Origin: Azolla caroliniana
Taxonomy: Eukaryota; Plantae; Polypodiophyta
Length of the DNA stretch: 64,000 bases
Reading direction: 5' to 3'
NCBI GenBank assembly: GCA_043228905.1
Contig: JBHGNT010000015.1
Coordinates: 10,292,001 to 10,356,000 of the forward strand
Positions within the stretch are counted from its first letter, which is position 1. Each line of letters starts with the position of its first letter. This document shows positions 34,462 to 47,104 of this stretch, one piece after another. A model generated the notes under the pieces. The model was not told the origin of the DNA. It worked only from the letters and a program-made list of their open reading frames with translations, and made no database searches. The position numbers and the translations under genes are program-made.

Positions 34462-37400
34462 ATGGATGAAGAATCTATCATTGAAGTGTTTGAACATGAG
34501 AGGGATGATGAAGATAAACCTTTGGGCATTGTAAGTGTGAGAGGAACTCTTACATATGCAAAGATTTGGGTGGAAATAATTGATGACAGTATATTTTACG
34601 AACCATTTTACTTTGTGTACACAAAAAATAATATTTTGAATGGGAAACAATAAGAGAAATGGCATTTAAAAGAAAATAAAGTCTATATCAAGCCTAGTAT
34701 TGATAAACAACAAAGAGTCTCTTCAAAAGAATCATGCACTAATGTTGAGGGTTCAGTGTTGAGTCAAGCCGGGGACAATTTTAAAGATACATCTCCAATT
34801 GAAACAATCAAGGATAAGATTCCTAGAGACGTTTTAGGTAAATGGATAATAGAATCTAATAGGATACGTGTAAAATTAAGCAATGCTACAATTCCTTGAG
34901 ATGATAAATTTGAGTTGAAGGTTGATGATTTTTGTGGAAAAACAGTCTTAAGATTATGCTGCAATGAGTGTGGAGAACCCAATGGTGTTGGTTCTACAGA
35001 AGCAAAAGTAGCAAATGTGTGTCTTAATAATCTTTTTTCAAGTCATATTAAGAGCCAAAGTCATGAAAAACGATATTATGCTCGAAGGGGGTTAAGCCAA
35101 CAAGATGAATCAATAAACTTATGTAAAATAGATGGCGAGGCCTATATCAAGTCTTCATTGGAAGTTCTTAAGAATTTTGTTATCGCTAGGGCCGGACAAT
35201 GGCCTAATACAGGGTGTCCCTTTGAGACGCTTCACCAAAGGGGTATTGCGGTGAGATAAACTTAGACCGACTCTTAATAAACCCTAATTGGTTACTAATT
35301 GACAAGATCATTAGTCATAATACACGCGTAAGATGAATTACACTTAGCACAGAACGATAATTAACAATGATTAAGATACAGAACAACAACACTCTATTAA
35401 TTATCTGCTAATGATTACAATATGACCGGGCCCTTTTATAGGTCTCTAGCTCTAGGTACAAACCGGTGCCAACCGGCAACCGGCTACGAACCGGTCCGGA
35501 TCCGAATCGGCATAACGATTCCGGGTCCATCAGTTCACTTCTCAAAATCATAATAATTCTATATTATATATATAATCAGCTCCCGGTTCAAAAACTGTGT
35601 TATCGCTAGGGCCAGACAATGGCCTAACACAGGGTGTCCCTTTGAGACACTTCACCAAAGGGGTGTTGCGGTGAGATAAACTTAGACAGACTCTTAATAA
35701 AACCTAATTCGTTACTAATCTACAAGATCATTAGTCACAATACACACGTAAGATGAATTACACTTAGCACAGAACGATAATTAACAATGATTCAGATACA
35801 AAACAAAAACACTCTATTAATTATCCACTGATGATTACAATCTAACCGGGCCCTTTTATAGGTCTCCGGCTCTAGGTACAAACCGGTGCCAACTAGCAAC
35901 CGGCTACGAACCGGTCCGGATCCGGATCAGCATACCGATTCCGGGTCTGTCCGTTCGCTTCTCAAAATCATAATAATTCTATATTATATATATAATCAGC
36001 TCCCGGTTCAAAAACTGTGTTATCGCTAGGGCCAGACAATGGCCTAACACAGGGTGTCCCTTTGAGACACTTCACCAAAGGGGTGTTGCGGTGAGATAAA
36101 CTTAGACCGACTCTTAATAAAACCTAATTCGTTACTAATCGACAAGATCATTAGTCACAATACACACGTAAGATGAATTACACTTAGCACAGAACGATAA
36201 TTAACAATGATTAAGATACAAAACAAAAACACTCTATTAATTATCCACTGATGATTACAATCTAACCAGGCCCTTTTATAGGTCTCCAGCTCTAGGTACA
36301 AACCGGTGCCAACTAGCAACCGGCTACGAACCGGTCCGGATCCGGATCGGCATACCGATTCCAGGTCTGTCCGTTCGCTTCTCAAAATCATAATAATTCT
36401 ATATTATATATATAATCAGCTCCCGGTTCAAAAACTGTGTTATCGCTAGGGCCGGACAATGGCCTAACACAAGGTGTCCCTTTTGAGACACTTCACCAAA
36501 GGGGTGTTGCGGTGAGATAAACTTAGACCGACTCTTAATAAACCCTAATTCATTACTAATCGACAAGATCATTAGTCACAATACACACGTAAGATGAATT
36601 ACACTTAGGCACAGAACGGTAATTAACAATGATTAAGATACTGAACAACAACACTCTATTAATTATCCACTAATGATTACAATCTAATCGGGCCCTTTTA
36701 TAGGTCTCCGGCTCTAGGTACAAACCGGTGCCAACCGGCAACCGGCTACGAACCGGTCCGGATCCGGATCGGCATACCAAATCCGGGTCCGTTTGTTCGC
36801 TTCTCAAAATCATAATAATTCTATATTATATATATAATCAGCTCTCGGTTCAAAAATTATGTTATCGCTAGGGCCGGACAATAGTCTAACACAGGGTGTC
36901 CCTCTGAGACACTTCACCAAAGGGGTGTTGTGGTGAGATAAACTTAGATCGACTCTTAATAAACCCTAATTGGTTACTAATCGGCAAGATCATTAGTCAC
37001 AATACACACGTAAGACGAATTACACTTAACACAGAACGGTAATTAACAATGATTAAGATACTGAACAACAACACTCTATTAATTATCCGCTAATGATTAC
37101 AATCTAACCAGGCCCTTTTATAGGTCTCCGGCTCTAGGTACAAACCGGTGCCAACCGGTAACCGGCTACGAACCGGTTCGGATCCGGATCAGCATACCGA
37201 TTCCAGGTTCGTCCGTTTGCTTCTCAAAATCATAATAATTCTATATTATATATATAATCAGCTCCGGGTTATTAATTATCCCCTTCTTCCATTCTGGACT
37301 TTCCTTGCCAGCCAATTAACAACTTTTAATGACACTAAAAGTGGTAAGCATGTTTGTACTTTAAACCTTAATATTGTAGTTATGAAGAATATGCTAATAT

Positions 37401-40400
37401 ATGTGAAAAATATTTTTTTATAGATGCAAAATTTGATTTAATAGAGGCAACACTTCATGAATATAAAGACAAGGAATGGCGAAGTAAAATGCAAGATTGA
37501 TGGATCTTGGTTGCCATTATGCCCTCCACGGAGTGATTTGTCAACAATTTTGTCTCAACACATACAATCCAAGACCCATCTAAAGGCAATGGAGATGGTT
37601 CGACATGTTGGTACACTAATAATGAGTGGATTTCCGGGTCGTCCACGAAAACAAGAAGCTTTACCTTCAAATCAACAAACCTTGAGCAAATTTTTTTGTT
37701 TCAACCTTGCGACCTTCATCTAGTCAAGAATGTGAGTTCTCTACTCCACATTATTTTGGTTTGTCACTATTGTGTTGGGGATATTGGCATAACAACATAG
37801 TGATAAATGATGAAGAAATACATGTAAAATCATTTCTCATCAATCAAAATCATGGAGCCTTATGGTTCTCTAAGCCTTACACCAAAGCTGTTGTGATGTA
37901 TGAGATGCAAGAGTGTGTTATTGATGGATGTTTTCACCATTTTGATTGTAAAAGAGTATTGAAGATTGAAGAACCCTTTCATAATCTTACATGTGAAAAA
38001 TGTAATGAAATTCCAAAATGTAATTATTTCCGTATGAGGGTGTATAGGGAGCGTAGGGCTAAAGTCAAAAGAGGTAATCGAGGAACTAGGGAGGGTAGGC
38101 GACTAGATTATCTTACTCAAGAATAGACAAGAAAGGAAATTTCAAGTTCTAAGCAAACTATCCGTCGCACTCATAAACAAATATGGTGGCTAGCTTGCAA
38201 AGTTGCAATGCTTTCAGTAAAGGTAATGACTCAACGAAGCATCCCTTGAGAGCGTGGAACGGAAGGATGTTCGAAGATTTTGTAATAACATTATTGAGGC
38301 TCATCGAGCTGGAAAATTTGGTGGAAAGAATGCATTATGGGATTTCTTGACAGATGTTGCACAAAACCTTACTCGAAAGCCACATGGACAACGATTTAAA
38401 GACACATCTAAGGCAATTTTTGTCATGATTAAAATGTGGGGTGGACCAAGATTACACGACTTTGTTTCGAAAAATTTAGATGGACCATCATTAAGCATTA
38501 TAAAGAGAGTTGAGAGGAAGGCAATTAAATTCCTTCTAGGGATCCATGAATATATAGTTTAGGATGTGGCTATGATTTATGAAAATGAAAAAAGAGTGCA
38601 TAGCATTATAACAAAGGTTCCTTTCATTATTTCCGGGGATGAGACTGTGATTAAGCGGAATGTTAAGTGGGATAGCTCAAATGATTTACTTTTGGGTTTT
38701 TGTGGGCGGAAGTCATCCAATCACTACAATGTACATGTAATTGCTTTGATGCAGATTTTGGAAAATGCCAATGGAATGAAGTGGAAACTTTATGGGAAAA
38801 ACACCTCTCCACAAGTATTGGGCCAATTGTTGGACATGCATCGGATGGAGATAGTAGGAGAAGAAAGATTATGCTTCAAGATTACTTAACCCCAAGCATA
38901 TGGTTAAGATTTAAATTGCCTTGGGATGGTTGGATCTTCACAGGTCAAATGCATAATGATATGGTAAGTTGTCTTCATGATCAAGATTTCATCCATAATG
39001 GAAAGAAACCTGTGAATGCACTAGATAATCCCTCAAGACAATTAGTAATTGGAGATGTATGGATCACATTGAGTCATGTGTCATTGGTATATAATAACTG
39101 CTCTATCGATGGACATGGCTTAAGGGAATGTGATATTACGAGACAAGATAGACAAATTTGGGCCGGAGCCCAAAGAATTGCAAGTAGAAATGTTACTAAT
39201 TGTTTAAAGATGTTATACCAAGGTGGAGAAGGTGTCAAAGTAAGAGAAAGAGGCGCTTTGGGAACACATGTATACTTGCATATATTAGGTGACCATATTG
39301 ATATTTTTCTATCCCCTCATGAGAGCTTATTCAAGCGTGTGGTACTTCCATCTAAAGTTGCATTCTTCTTTCAAATATGGAGATTATGGATTCTAGATAA
39401 TCCAATTTATAACTTTAAAAGTAATTTCATTAGTCGGGAAACATTTTTGGATGTACAAATATGTTGTCACTTTGTAGTTTTACTTATAAAAATGTTTCGT
39501 GACCTTTATCCACAACTAGAATGTCCATTGCATCTCACAGGGTTTGATGGAGCTGATATATTTTTTAGTAAAATAGGGGGAATGATTGGTATGGAGCATG
39601 CATTTGATATTTTAGATGTTTTGCATTGTAGCGGAAATGTAAACAAGCTTGCCAAATTTGAGTGCATTGATAGTTGATTGGTTTTTCCAAGAGCTCATAA
39701 GAAGTAAGAATCAATATGGTCTAAACTCAATTTCATGCATGGCAAGCCTCTTGCAAACTTACAAGACTACATTGATATCTCAAATGATGATCAACTTGTT
39801 TTTGCACTTAAAGAAGGTTTAAAAGAAGCCCAAATTTTAGGTGAGTCATTAAATATGAAGCCTAAACACAATGGGCAATGGTGGAATTATCCCGGGATTG
39901 AGACAAAACAATCCTTGAGTTATATATATGGAGAGAAAGATGATGAAGAATGTGTTGAACACAATAAAAACTTCACAATGCATGAATGTGTGGAGAATGA
40001 TGATGAGATTGCAATAAGTGAAATTCACCATGAATTGAATGCTATATTGGAGGATAGCAATGTGAACACTAAAGTCTCTTCATTTGTTAAAGTGGATGAT
40101 AAGATTATATTTAAATCAACACTTGTGAGTCATCTAAATGGTAATCCAACATTGTCAAAGGATAGACTAACACGTGTAAGAGAAGGGGTCTTCTACTCAT
40201 GTGAGAATGCAAATAATTTCCTAAATGGAAATGTGAACCTCATTCGGATTTGTCCAGATTGTGTTGTGTTCTTTACTGAAGAAGATGTTAATTCAACAAG
40301 ACCAAAAAGAAAAGGAATATCAAATGAAAATGTTGTTTGGTACTTAGGACGAGTATAAAGGATGCAAAGAAAGATTGGAAATAAATTTGTGGAGTATAAG

Positions 40401-40620
40401 AGAGGAATTGACTTGATGGATAAACTTGAAGACGTTCAATTACAACTTGGTTGGTATAGGAAGATTAAAGGGAGTAGCGAAACTCACATATTAAAATGGT
40501 TGACTTTGAGTCAATTATTGGACTAGCGAACCTCACATATAATGCAAAATGTGATAACTATCTGTTAGACGAAAGAGATTGTAAAGTTTTCAACAATTTT
40601 CTTTTGGAAATGAAATCTAG
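34462..40620 (+). pseudogene. Zinc-finger plus P/THAP9-like DDE transposase pseudogene (interrupted by the LTR array)
   Basis: CNECG..HIKSQSH and C..QHIQSKTH finger-like motifs; SGDETVI, GHASDGDSRRRK, DQDFIHNGKK (DxxH), DRQ.W..AQ and D..D.FFSKIGG; several stops and frameshifts. Confidence 0.65.
35178..37321 (-). repeat. Tandem array of five ~420-bp LTR units related to the Gypsy A LTR
   Basis: Units start at 35178, 35598, 36018, 36438 and 36860; outer ends TGTTA..TAACA; flanks AATTT/ACTTT. Confidence 0.9.
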
Positions 40621-42067
40621 GTACGTATATATAAGTTGTTTTGAATTATATACTTGCATACATGTACATATATAATATATATTAAAGTAACCCTAAACCC
40701 TAAACCCGGGATGAAGTGGTAAGCAACGAGTCGAACAATATCATTGTTGACTCTCAACATGCATCAACCTCAATGATAAGTTCAAGAGATACAAGAAGCC
40801 ACTACTCTCGCAAATGTTGGGCAAGAGCCACTACTGAGCATCATGTGAATATTGGAAATGTTCTAAACTCGGTGATGGCACTTATTGATCATGGTTCTGA
40901 AATAAATATAATGAGTGTTGATTTTTACAAGAAAGGTAGGTGGCCAATTGATACTCAACATGGTTGGCGTGTAAAAGCAGCCACATCAATCACCAAAGAT
41001 TTATTTGGTGCATGCCCAAATGTAAAGGTTACTATTGGTGATATAGAGGTAGATCAACATTTCTTTGTGCAAGAAGGATCTACCTATTCGATAAGCTTGG
41101 GGCAACCATACATCACAGCGGTACGGATGGAGACCAAAGTCCTCGACAATGGTTCTACTTATGCGAAAATCCGTAGCCAAGATGGATGATGAACTGTACA
41201 GTTTATGATAGTTCGTTGTTGGTTTTGTCTTCTTGATGGATGGCGATCGATCAACGTGTGGTCAACCTTGTTCCAAACAACAATTAACAAAGGAACTTCG
41301 GTAATCTTTCTTGTTTTTTTCTATTCTTTCTTCTCCCAATTTAATCATGTGTATAGTTAATATGTAATTTTTTTTTATAGATTCAATGATGTTGTAGTGG
41401 TAATTAATTGGTTGTATAAAACATTTACATATGTGTATGAGGTCAATACCTCCTTTGACATATATTGAATATGTGATTAATGTCGTATGCACACGAGGTT
41501 AATACCTCAATTGCATATTACGCTCACATACATATGTTATGTATGCGTATGAGGTCAATACCTCGATTTCGTTGTAAATTATATGTGTGGTCTTGTATAC
41601 GTAAGAGGTCAATACCTCAATTGTGTAGTACGATGAACCCTTATTTTTAGATGTTTCGTGTGCATACATGTAATATGCCTCGATTACATATCTTGATTAC
41701 ATCATTTTTGGCTATTTTATATGACGATTTCTTTTATATATGCATATGTGGTCACATGTATACGTATTTGATCATATATATGTGATAATATACATATGTG
41801 TATATAAGTTATTACGTGATTTTAAAATCGAATGTTTTCCTTTTCGAGGAAAGGATTTTGGTGGCCGTCCTCACATTTTTGTGAGAATGGCGTTGTCACC
41901 ATCCCTTTTTTCAAGAATTTTTTATTGTTAACATCCCCGTTGGTGACTTCGATTTTATTACGTAATGAAATGCCTATAGCCACAATGATGTTGAGAACAT
42001 AGGGATTGACCCACTTCATGTGAGGTCGCTCCTATGACACACATATCCAACATCCCTCCCTCGTTAC

Positions 42068-42482
42068 ATGGATACGATGCCACCATGAGATCATTCTTAC
42101 TAGAGACATTCGTAATGACGTAACCATGTGATGGGCCACGTGGACCTACTACGAAAAGAGGGCTCATTTGGCTTCACCATGCACTTTGGCATATGCCATC
42201 GTAATTACGAGACTTGAGGTTAGGTAACGTACCAACATATTTTGTAGTAAACGAGGGGGAAATAAGGATTCATGATGGATACGATGCCACCATGAGATCA
42301 TTCTTACGAGAGACATTCGTAATGACGTAACCGTGTGATGGGCCACGTGGACCTACTACGAAAAGCGGGCTCATTTGGCTTCACCATGCACTTTGGTGTA
42401 TGCCATCGTAATTACGAGACTTGAGGTTAGGTAACGTACCAACATATTTTGTAGTAAACGAGGGGGAAATAAGGACTCATGA
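42068..42482. repeat. 207-bp tandem duplication
   Basis: ATGGATACGATGCCACC.. at 42068 and 42275, near identical. Confidence 0.9.
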
Positions 42483-44690
42483 CATATATGTTTCTTTTAA
42501 AAAAGCATATATGGGCAAATGCCTCGCATATCTCTTATATGCATGAAACATTAAACATTCAAAAAGAGCAACCTAATTGGTTAGCTGAAGTGTTTAATGC
42601 ATTTGTTCTCGAGGTCTCGAGTTCAAATATAATCAAGACCATACAACATTGTTGATACATATGACTATAACACATGTTGTTTTCGTAATATCTTTACATC
42701 ATGACATGATGTTATGACTATTTGTCTGACCTTATCCTATTTCTTTGCCAGAAATAATCGTTCAATGGCTCAAAATAACGACCCGATGTCATCCGCTCAA
42801 GCGGAAGGAACTCAAGGAAATCCTCTTGGACAAATGTCCATTGAGATGTATTTTTCTCAAATAACCCAATACCTTAGTTTAACCGCTCAATAGATGACCG
42901 AGCTTTGGCAATCTCAAAGTGCTCTCGAGGCATGTTGTCGTGAAGATTTTCGGCAATGGTGTGAAAATCACATAAAATGTACAAAATTGAGTGTGAATCA
43001 CATAAAACAATAATAATTAAGTATCTAAGTACAAAATGATAGAGGTCTTCAAGAGCTTTCGAATGCACTTTATTACACGAGAAACGGACAACTACATGTC
43101 AAGATATGAGGGTATGAAGTTTGTGAAAGGAAAAGAGAAAACTATGAGATATCCCACATAGGCACGTCAAAAACGGCTCTCATCATATATAAGGTAGAGC
43201 AAAAGCTATTATCTTTGTGTCTATGTGTGGAGCATAGAGAGTTCAAGGTAACTTAAACTAAGAGTGGAGGTGGCCTAGCACTCGTAAAGGTTTTGGCCAA
43301 CCAAAACCAGTCCGGCAATGGAGCCAGTACTCTGGCGGCATTCGGCAAAGCGACGGTGGCAATGGAGCTGGTGAGCCAGTTGAACCGACATCTGGCAGTG
43401 CACCGGCAAGGCGGCAGCCACTGGAAACCGGGGGCATCCGGTGGCATCCGGCGGCATCCGGCGTCGGCGAGGCGATGGCATCCGACGGCACATCGACGCC
43501 TGCGAGGCGGTAGCCACCGGTAACCGACAGCATCCGGCGAACCGGCGACTAGATAAATAAATATATAAATATATATACATTTACAAGGAGGGCAAGTAAG
43601 GATTCGAACCTTGCACCTCTAAGTTAGGAGTCAATTGGCTTATCACTAAGCAAAGATATTCAATTAAAATTATATTTCTATCATTGTACTTTTACATATA
43701 AATTCTCATACATGAGAGCTAAAATGAGTGACATGGTTATCATGCCCCACATGTAATACATGAGCGCCAAATGGCAAACATGCATTTTATGCATGTCTTG
43801 AACCCTTAAATGCATGAGGGCATCTATAAAAGAAGGAATGAAAAAGATCAATGGGGGATTTTCTGGGGATAAAAGAAAGCTTTGTACTTTAAATCAAAAT
43901 TAATATTAAGAAGAAAATTCGTTATCCTTTTGATGATATACCTTGTTCTTGAAATCTAAAGTCAAGAGTTCTTAATCTCTCTCTCAATCTAAAATCAAGT
44001 GTTGTCGTGAAGAAAACCGTCCACAAGCGGAATCGGTGCACCGGAGCGTAGGAACCAGCTCTTCATGCTCGTACGCCTTATATTGTACATAAGGGAGAAT
44101 TAGGTACATAGGAGATCCTAGGTAGGTAGATTTAGTGGGTAGGAAGTAAGGGGAAACGGCTCCTTCCTTGCCTATAAAAGGAGGGAGATGAGAAGGGGGA
44201 GAGGATCGCGTTTTAGAGAGGGGACGAAGTGCTGTCGGGTTGTTGACCAAAGGCTTCTCTCTCTTCCATACTCGGCAGCTTCTTTCTGTGCAGGTTTTCG
44301 GGAGGCTCGCGCTGCTCTGAGGAATGCCCGAGTGCTTCCGGCAGCACCTCCAACCTACTTCTTTCTTTTTGTGCGTTTACGAACAGGCATCGGCATCTGC
44401 TCGCCGGCCTGCTCGGTTGTAACCAACTTCGTGTTTTTGTTGTTTGCCTCTGTTAATATATACTTACATACATTCGTGTCTCTCTGTGTCGCTGTCGCAG
44501 TCGCGTCTCTGTGTCGAAGGGCCGTGCCCCTGTGAATCTACATTCGCACCTTGTGGGTCTCTTCCCCTCTCCTTTCTCTCTTGCACTTCGGTACAAGACC
44601 CCCGAGGTCCCACCTCGTTCCACGCATCCGCGAGGAATACTTCGACATCTTGGTGAACCCGACGTGAAGGAGGCGGCAGAGGAGCAGAAG

Positions 44691-46775
44691 ATGAAGGGGT
44701 CGGATCTTGCAGAGGCCATGGCTTCGGCCGTGGATCGGATATTGAGTGCACGCGTTGAGGCGTTCGTTGGTACGATCGGCCGGTTCAGCGGAAAGGATGC
44801 CACGAAGTATTTGGCGTCCTACGGGGCAAAAATGCTGATGCGGGACATTCCGGAAGAGAGGCGTCTTGCTGGGTTTCCTCGAGTGGCGATGCCGAGCATC
44901 CATGCGGAGGTGCTCGAGGTGCGGGCGGAGAGCCGTACCTGGGAGGAGTTCGAAGGCCGACTCCTAGAAAAATACGGGCTGGACGACGCGCTCCGGCTTT
45001 CGAAACGAGACTTCATGGAATGGGTGGAGTCCCCCGGCAAGGGAAGAAACGCATCGGCACTCCTCCGGGAGTTCGAAGAACGCTTTGCGCGCCTTTCGGC
45101 GCTTGACCGAACCGTTCTGGATACGAGCCGGGTCCTACTGTTCGTCAAGTCGGTGGACGAGCGGGACCGGGATCAAGTCGGCTCCTTGCTGGAAACCAAA
45201 GACGGGCTGACGACCGACTGGGCTGCGGTTAAGAGAGTCTGTGGCCGCTTCGACAAACGGCGGGAATGGGCTGACAACGGGGCGGCCGGTGCGGGCTCTG
45301 TCACAACAAGGAGGCTTGAACCGGCACCGCAAGGGCGAAGGGAAGAAACCCGGGAATGGCTCGAAACCGGTCCGGCTTCGACCGGCATGGTCAATGGCTC
45401 GTCCGGAGGAGCAGCGCTGGAGGAGTTGACGAGGGCGATAAAGGATCTCCAGATCGCCCAGACTCGAAGGGAAGGCGGCGAACCGGCTCGTGACTAACGG
45501 CCGGCAGCAGGGAACAGGTGCATGTGGTGCGACGACGTCGGCCACATTCGGAAGGACTGCGGCGATTTCGCAGAGGCGTTGAGGAACCGGGTGGTGTACC
45601 TGTGGGAAGGTCGGGTGCACGCCGGCGACACCAGAAGGGCCCTAAACCGAAACGACGGGCGAGGAGGTATGAAGAGACTGATGGAAGAGGCAGAGGCCAT
45701 CCACTACTCGGCGTCGGCCGGCATTCGGGTCGGGGGCAGCGAGGCCCGAAAGGAGAGCAAAGACGGATTCTGGTCGGCAATGCTGGAAGGCCTCGCCGGC
45801 GCACGGTTGAGGAAAGACGAAGCGGACCGCGCCGAGAGACGGGTCCGGGAAGTAACCGGGTGGAGCGACCCGGTCGAGGAGAAGACGGGCTTCGTAGAAG
45901 CCGCCTGCCGGAACTACGAGGCTCTGGTAGAAGACAAACGAGTGGGGAAAGCCGGAGCGGCCGGGCCCTCACAACGGTACTAGACCCGATTCGGGCAGCG
46001 ACGGAACGATGCCGGTGGGCCCAGCTCGCAAGATAACCCCAGGAAGGGCGGATACCGACTGGGGACGGAAATAGAAAGGACTACGGACCTACGAAAGGTC
46101 CTAGAAGAACGGATCCTCGACAGCAAAGTGGAGCTGTCATTACGGGAGGTGCTAGGGATCGCCAAGAAGGAGTTCCACGACTCCATTGTGGACTTGGTGA
46201 AATGAAAGAGGCTGTCGACGGAGACGGAACCGGAAAGACCGGTGGAGGTGCGGACGACGCACATCGACGACATGGCGCTGGCAGATGAGTGGGCGGAGAG
46301 CCACTATTCGAGGCCACACTGGGCCCGAGCGACCACGGAGACCCCGGTAAAGATCGGAGATGTTCAGGAACCGGTGGTGGCACTGGTGGACCACGGTTCA
46401 GAAATAAACCTGATGTCCATGGACTTCTATAAGAAGGGAAAGTGGCCGATCAACACCAAGCACGGGTGGAAGATCCAGGCGGCGACGCGCGCCACCGAGG
46501 AACTGCACGGGGCCTGCACGAATGTCCGAGTCAAGATCGGCGACGTCGAGATTGACCAGCACTTCTTCGTGCAGGAGACGTCCTCGCATCCGGTCATATT
46601 AGGGGAACCATACATCACGGCGGCGAGAATGGAGACCAAAGTGTTGGACAACGGTTCGGCCTACGCGAGGGTTAAAAGCCAGGACGGGCGCCATTCGGTC
46701 CAATTTCTAACGGTTCGGCCGAACCACGAGCGAAACCACGAATCCCTCGGTGGCGAGAACCGGGAGGATTTTTAG
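44691..46775 (+). pseudogene. gag: Gypsy C gag-protease with premature stops
   Basis: CMWCDDVGHIRKDC knuckle; LVDHGSEIN; stops near 45495, 45981 and 46203. Confidence 0.88.
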
Positions 46776-47104
46776 AGAGGGCTGCCAAGGCGTGGGGCCG
46801 AGACAGTCCCAACACTCGAGAAAGACCCCATAGCTGTACAATAGAACCGAAACCGAAGAATCCTTGTACGATGGGTAGAAAATTTTGCTTCTCCAACAAC
46901 GGAGGGTGTATGATAGTCGGCATCGTTGGCCGAGAGAAGGCAAGGGCGGAAGAGCGACTTCGAGCGTGCGGAGTCCTCGGCCCGGACGAGGAAATCAGCG
47001 GAGCCGTGGAGGCGGTCTCCTTCGACGACACCTTGGGTATGCTGAGGAAGGTAGCCGGAGAAGACCTTAACGAAGACCGGACGATACCGGTATGTTCCGA
47101 ATAG

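Larger units (their letters stand above)
29868..40710 (+). mobile_element. 10.8-kb P-element-like DNA transposon, decayed
   Basis: Perfect 8-bp TSD ATGAAGTG (29860-29867 and 40711-40718); both ends CCCGGG; transposase-like gene inside. Confidence 0.75.
28371..41230 (+). mobile_element. Decayed Trp-primed Gypsy (LTR end, PBS at 28384, gag 28422-29867, protease 40719-41189), split by a DNA transposon
   Basis: CCACGACA then TGGTGAACCCGACGTGA. FKLMSDIE..LREVLGIAKKEF lies before the insertion and HYSR..WARATTE..LIDHGSEIN after it, colinear with B gag. Confidence 0.8.

Noticed and set aside
29965-34469. Many His/Tyr/Ile/Thr or Met/Cys/Val ORFs
   Set aside because: Translations of the CATA/CA low-complexity tract in multiple frames.
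35828-35840. CTGATGA in LTR array units as hammerhead cores
   Set aside because: No stem II or GAAA follows, and other units read CTAATGA.
42575-42640. Weak SINE/tRNA-like boxes (TAGCTGAAGTG..GAGTTCAAAT)
   Set aside because: Too degenerate; no stems, tail or TSD identified.
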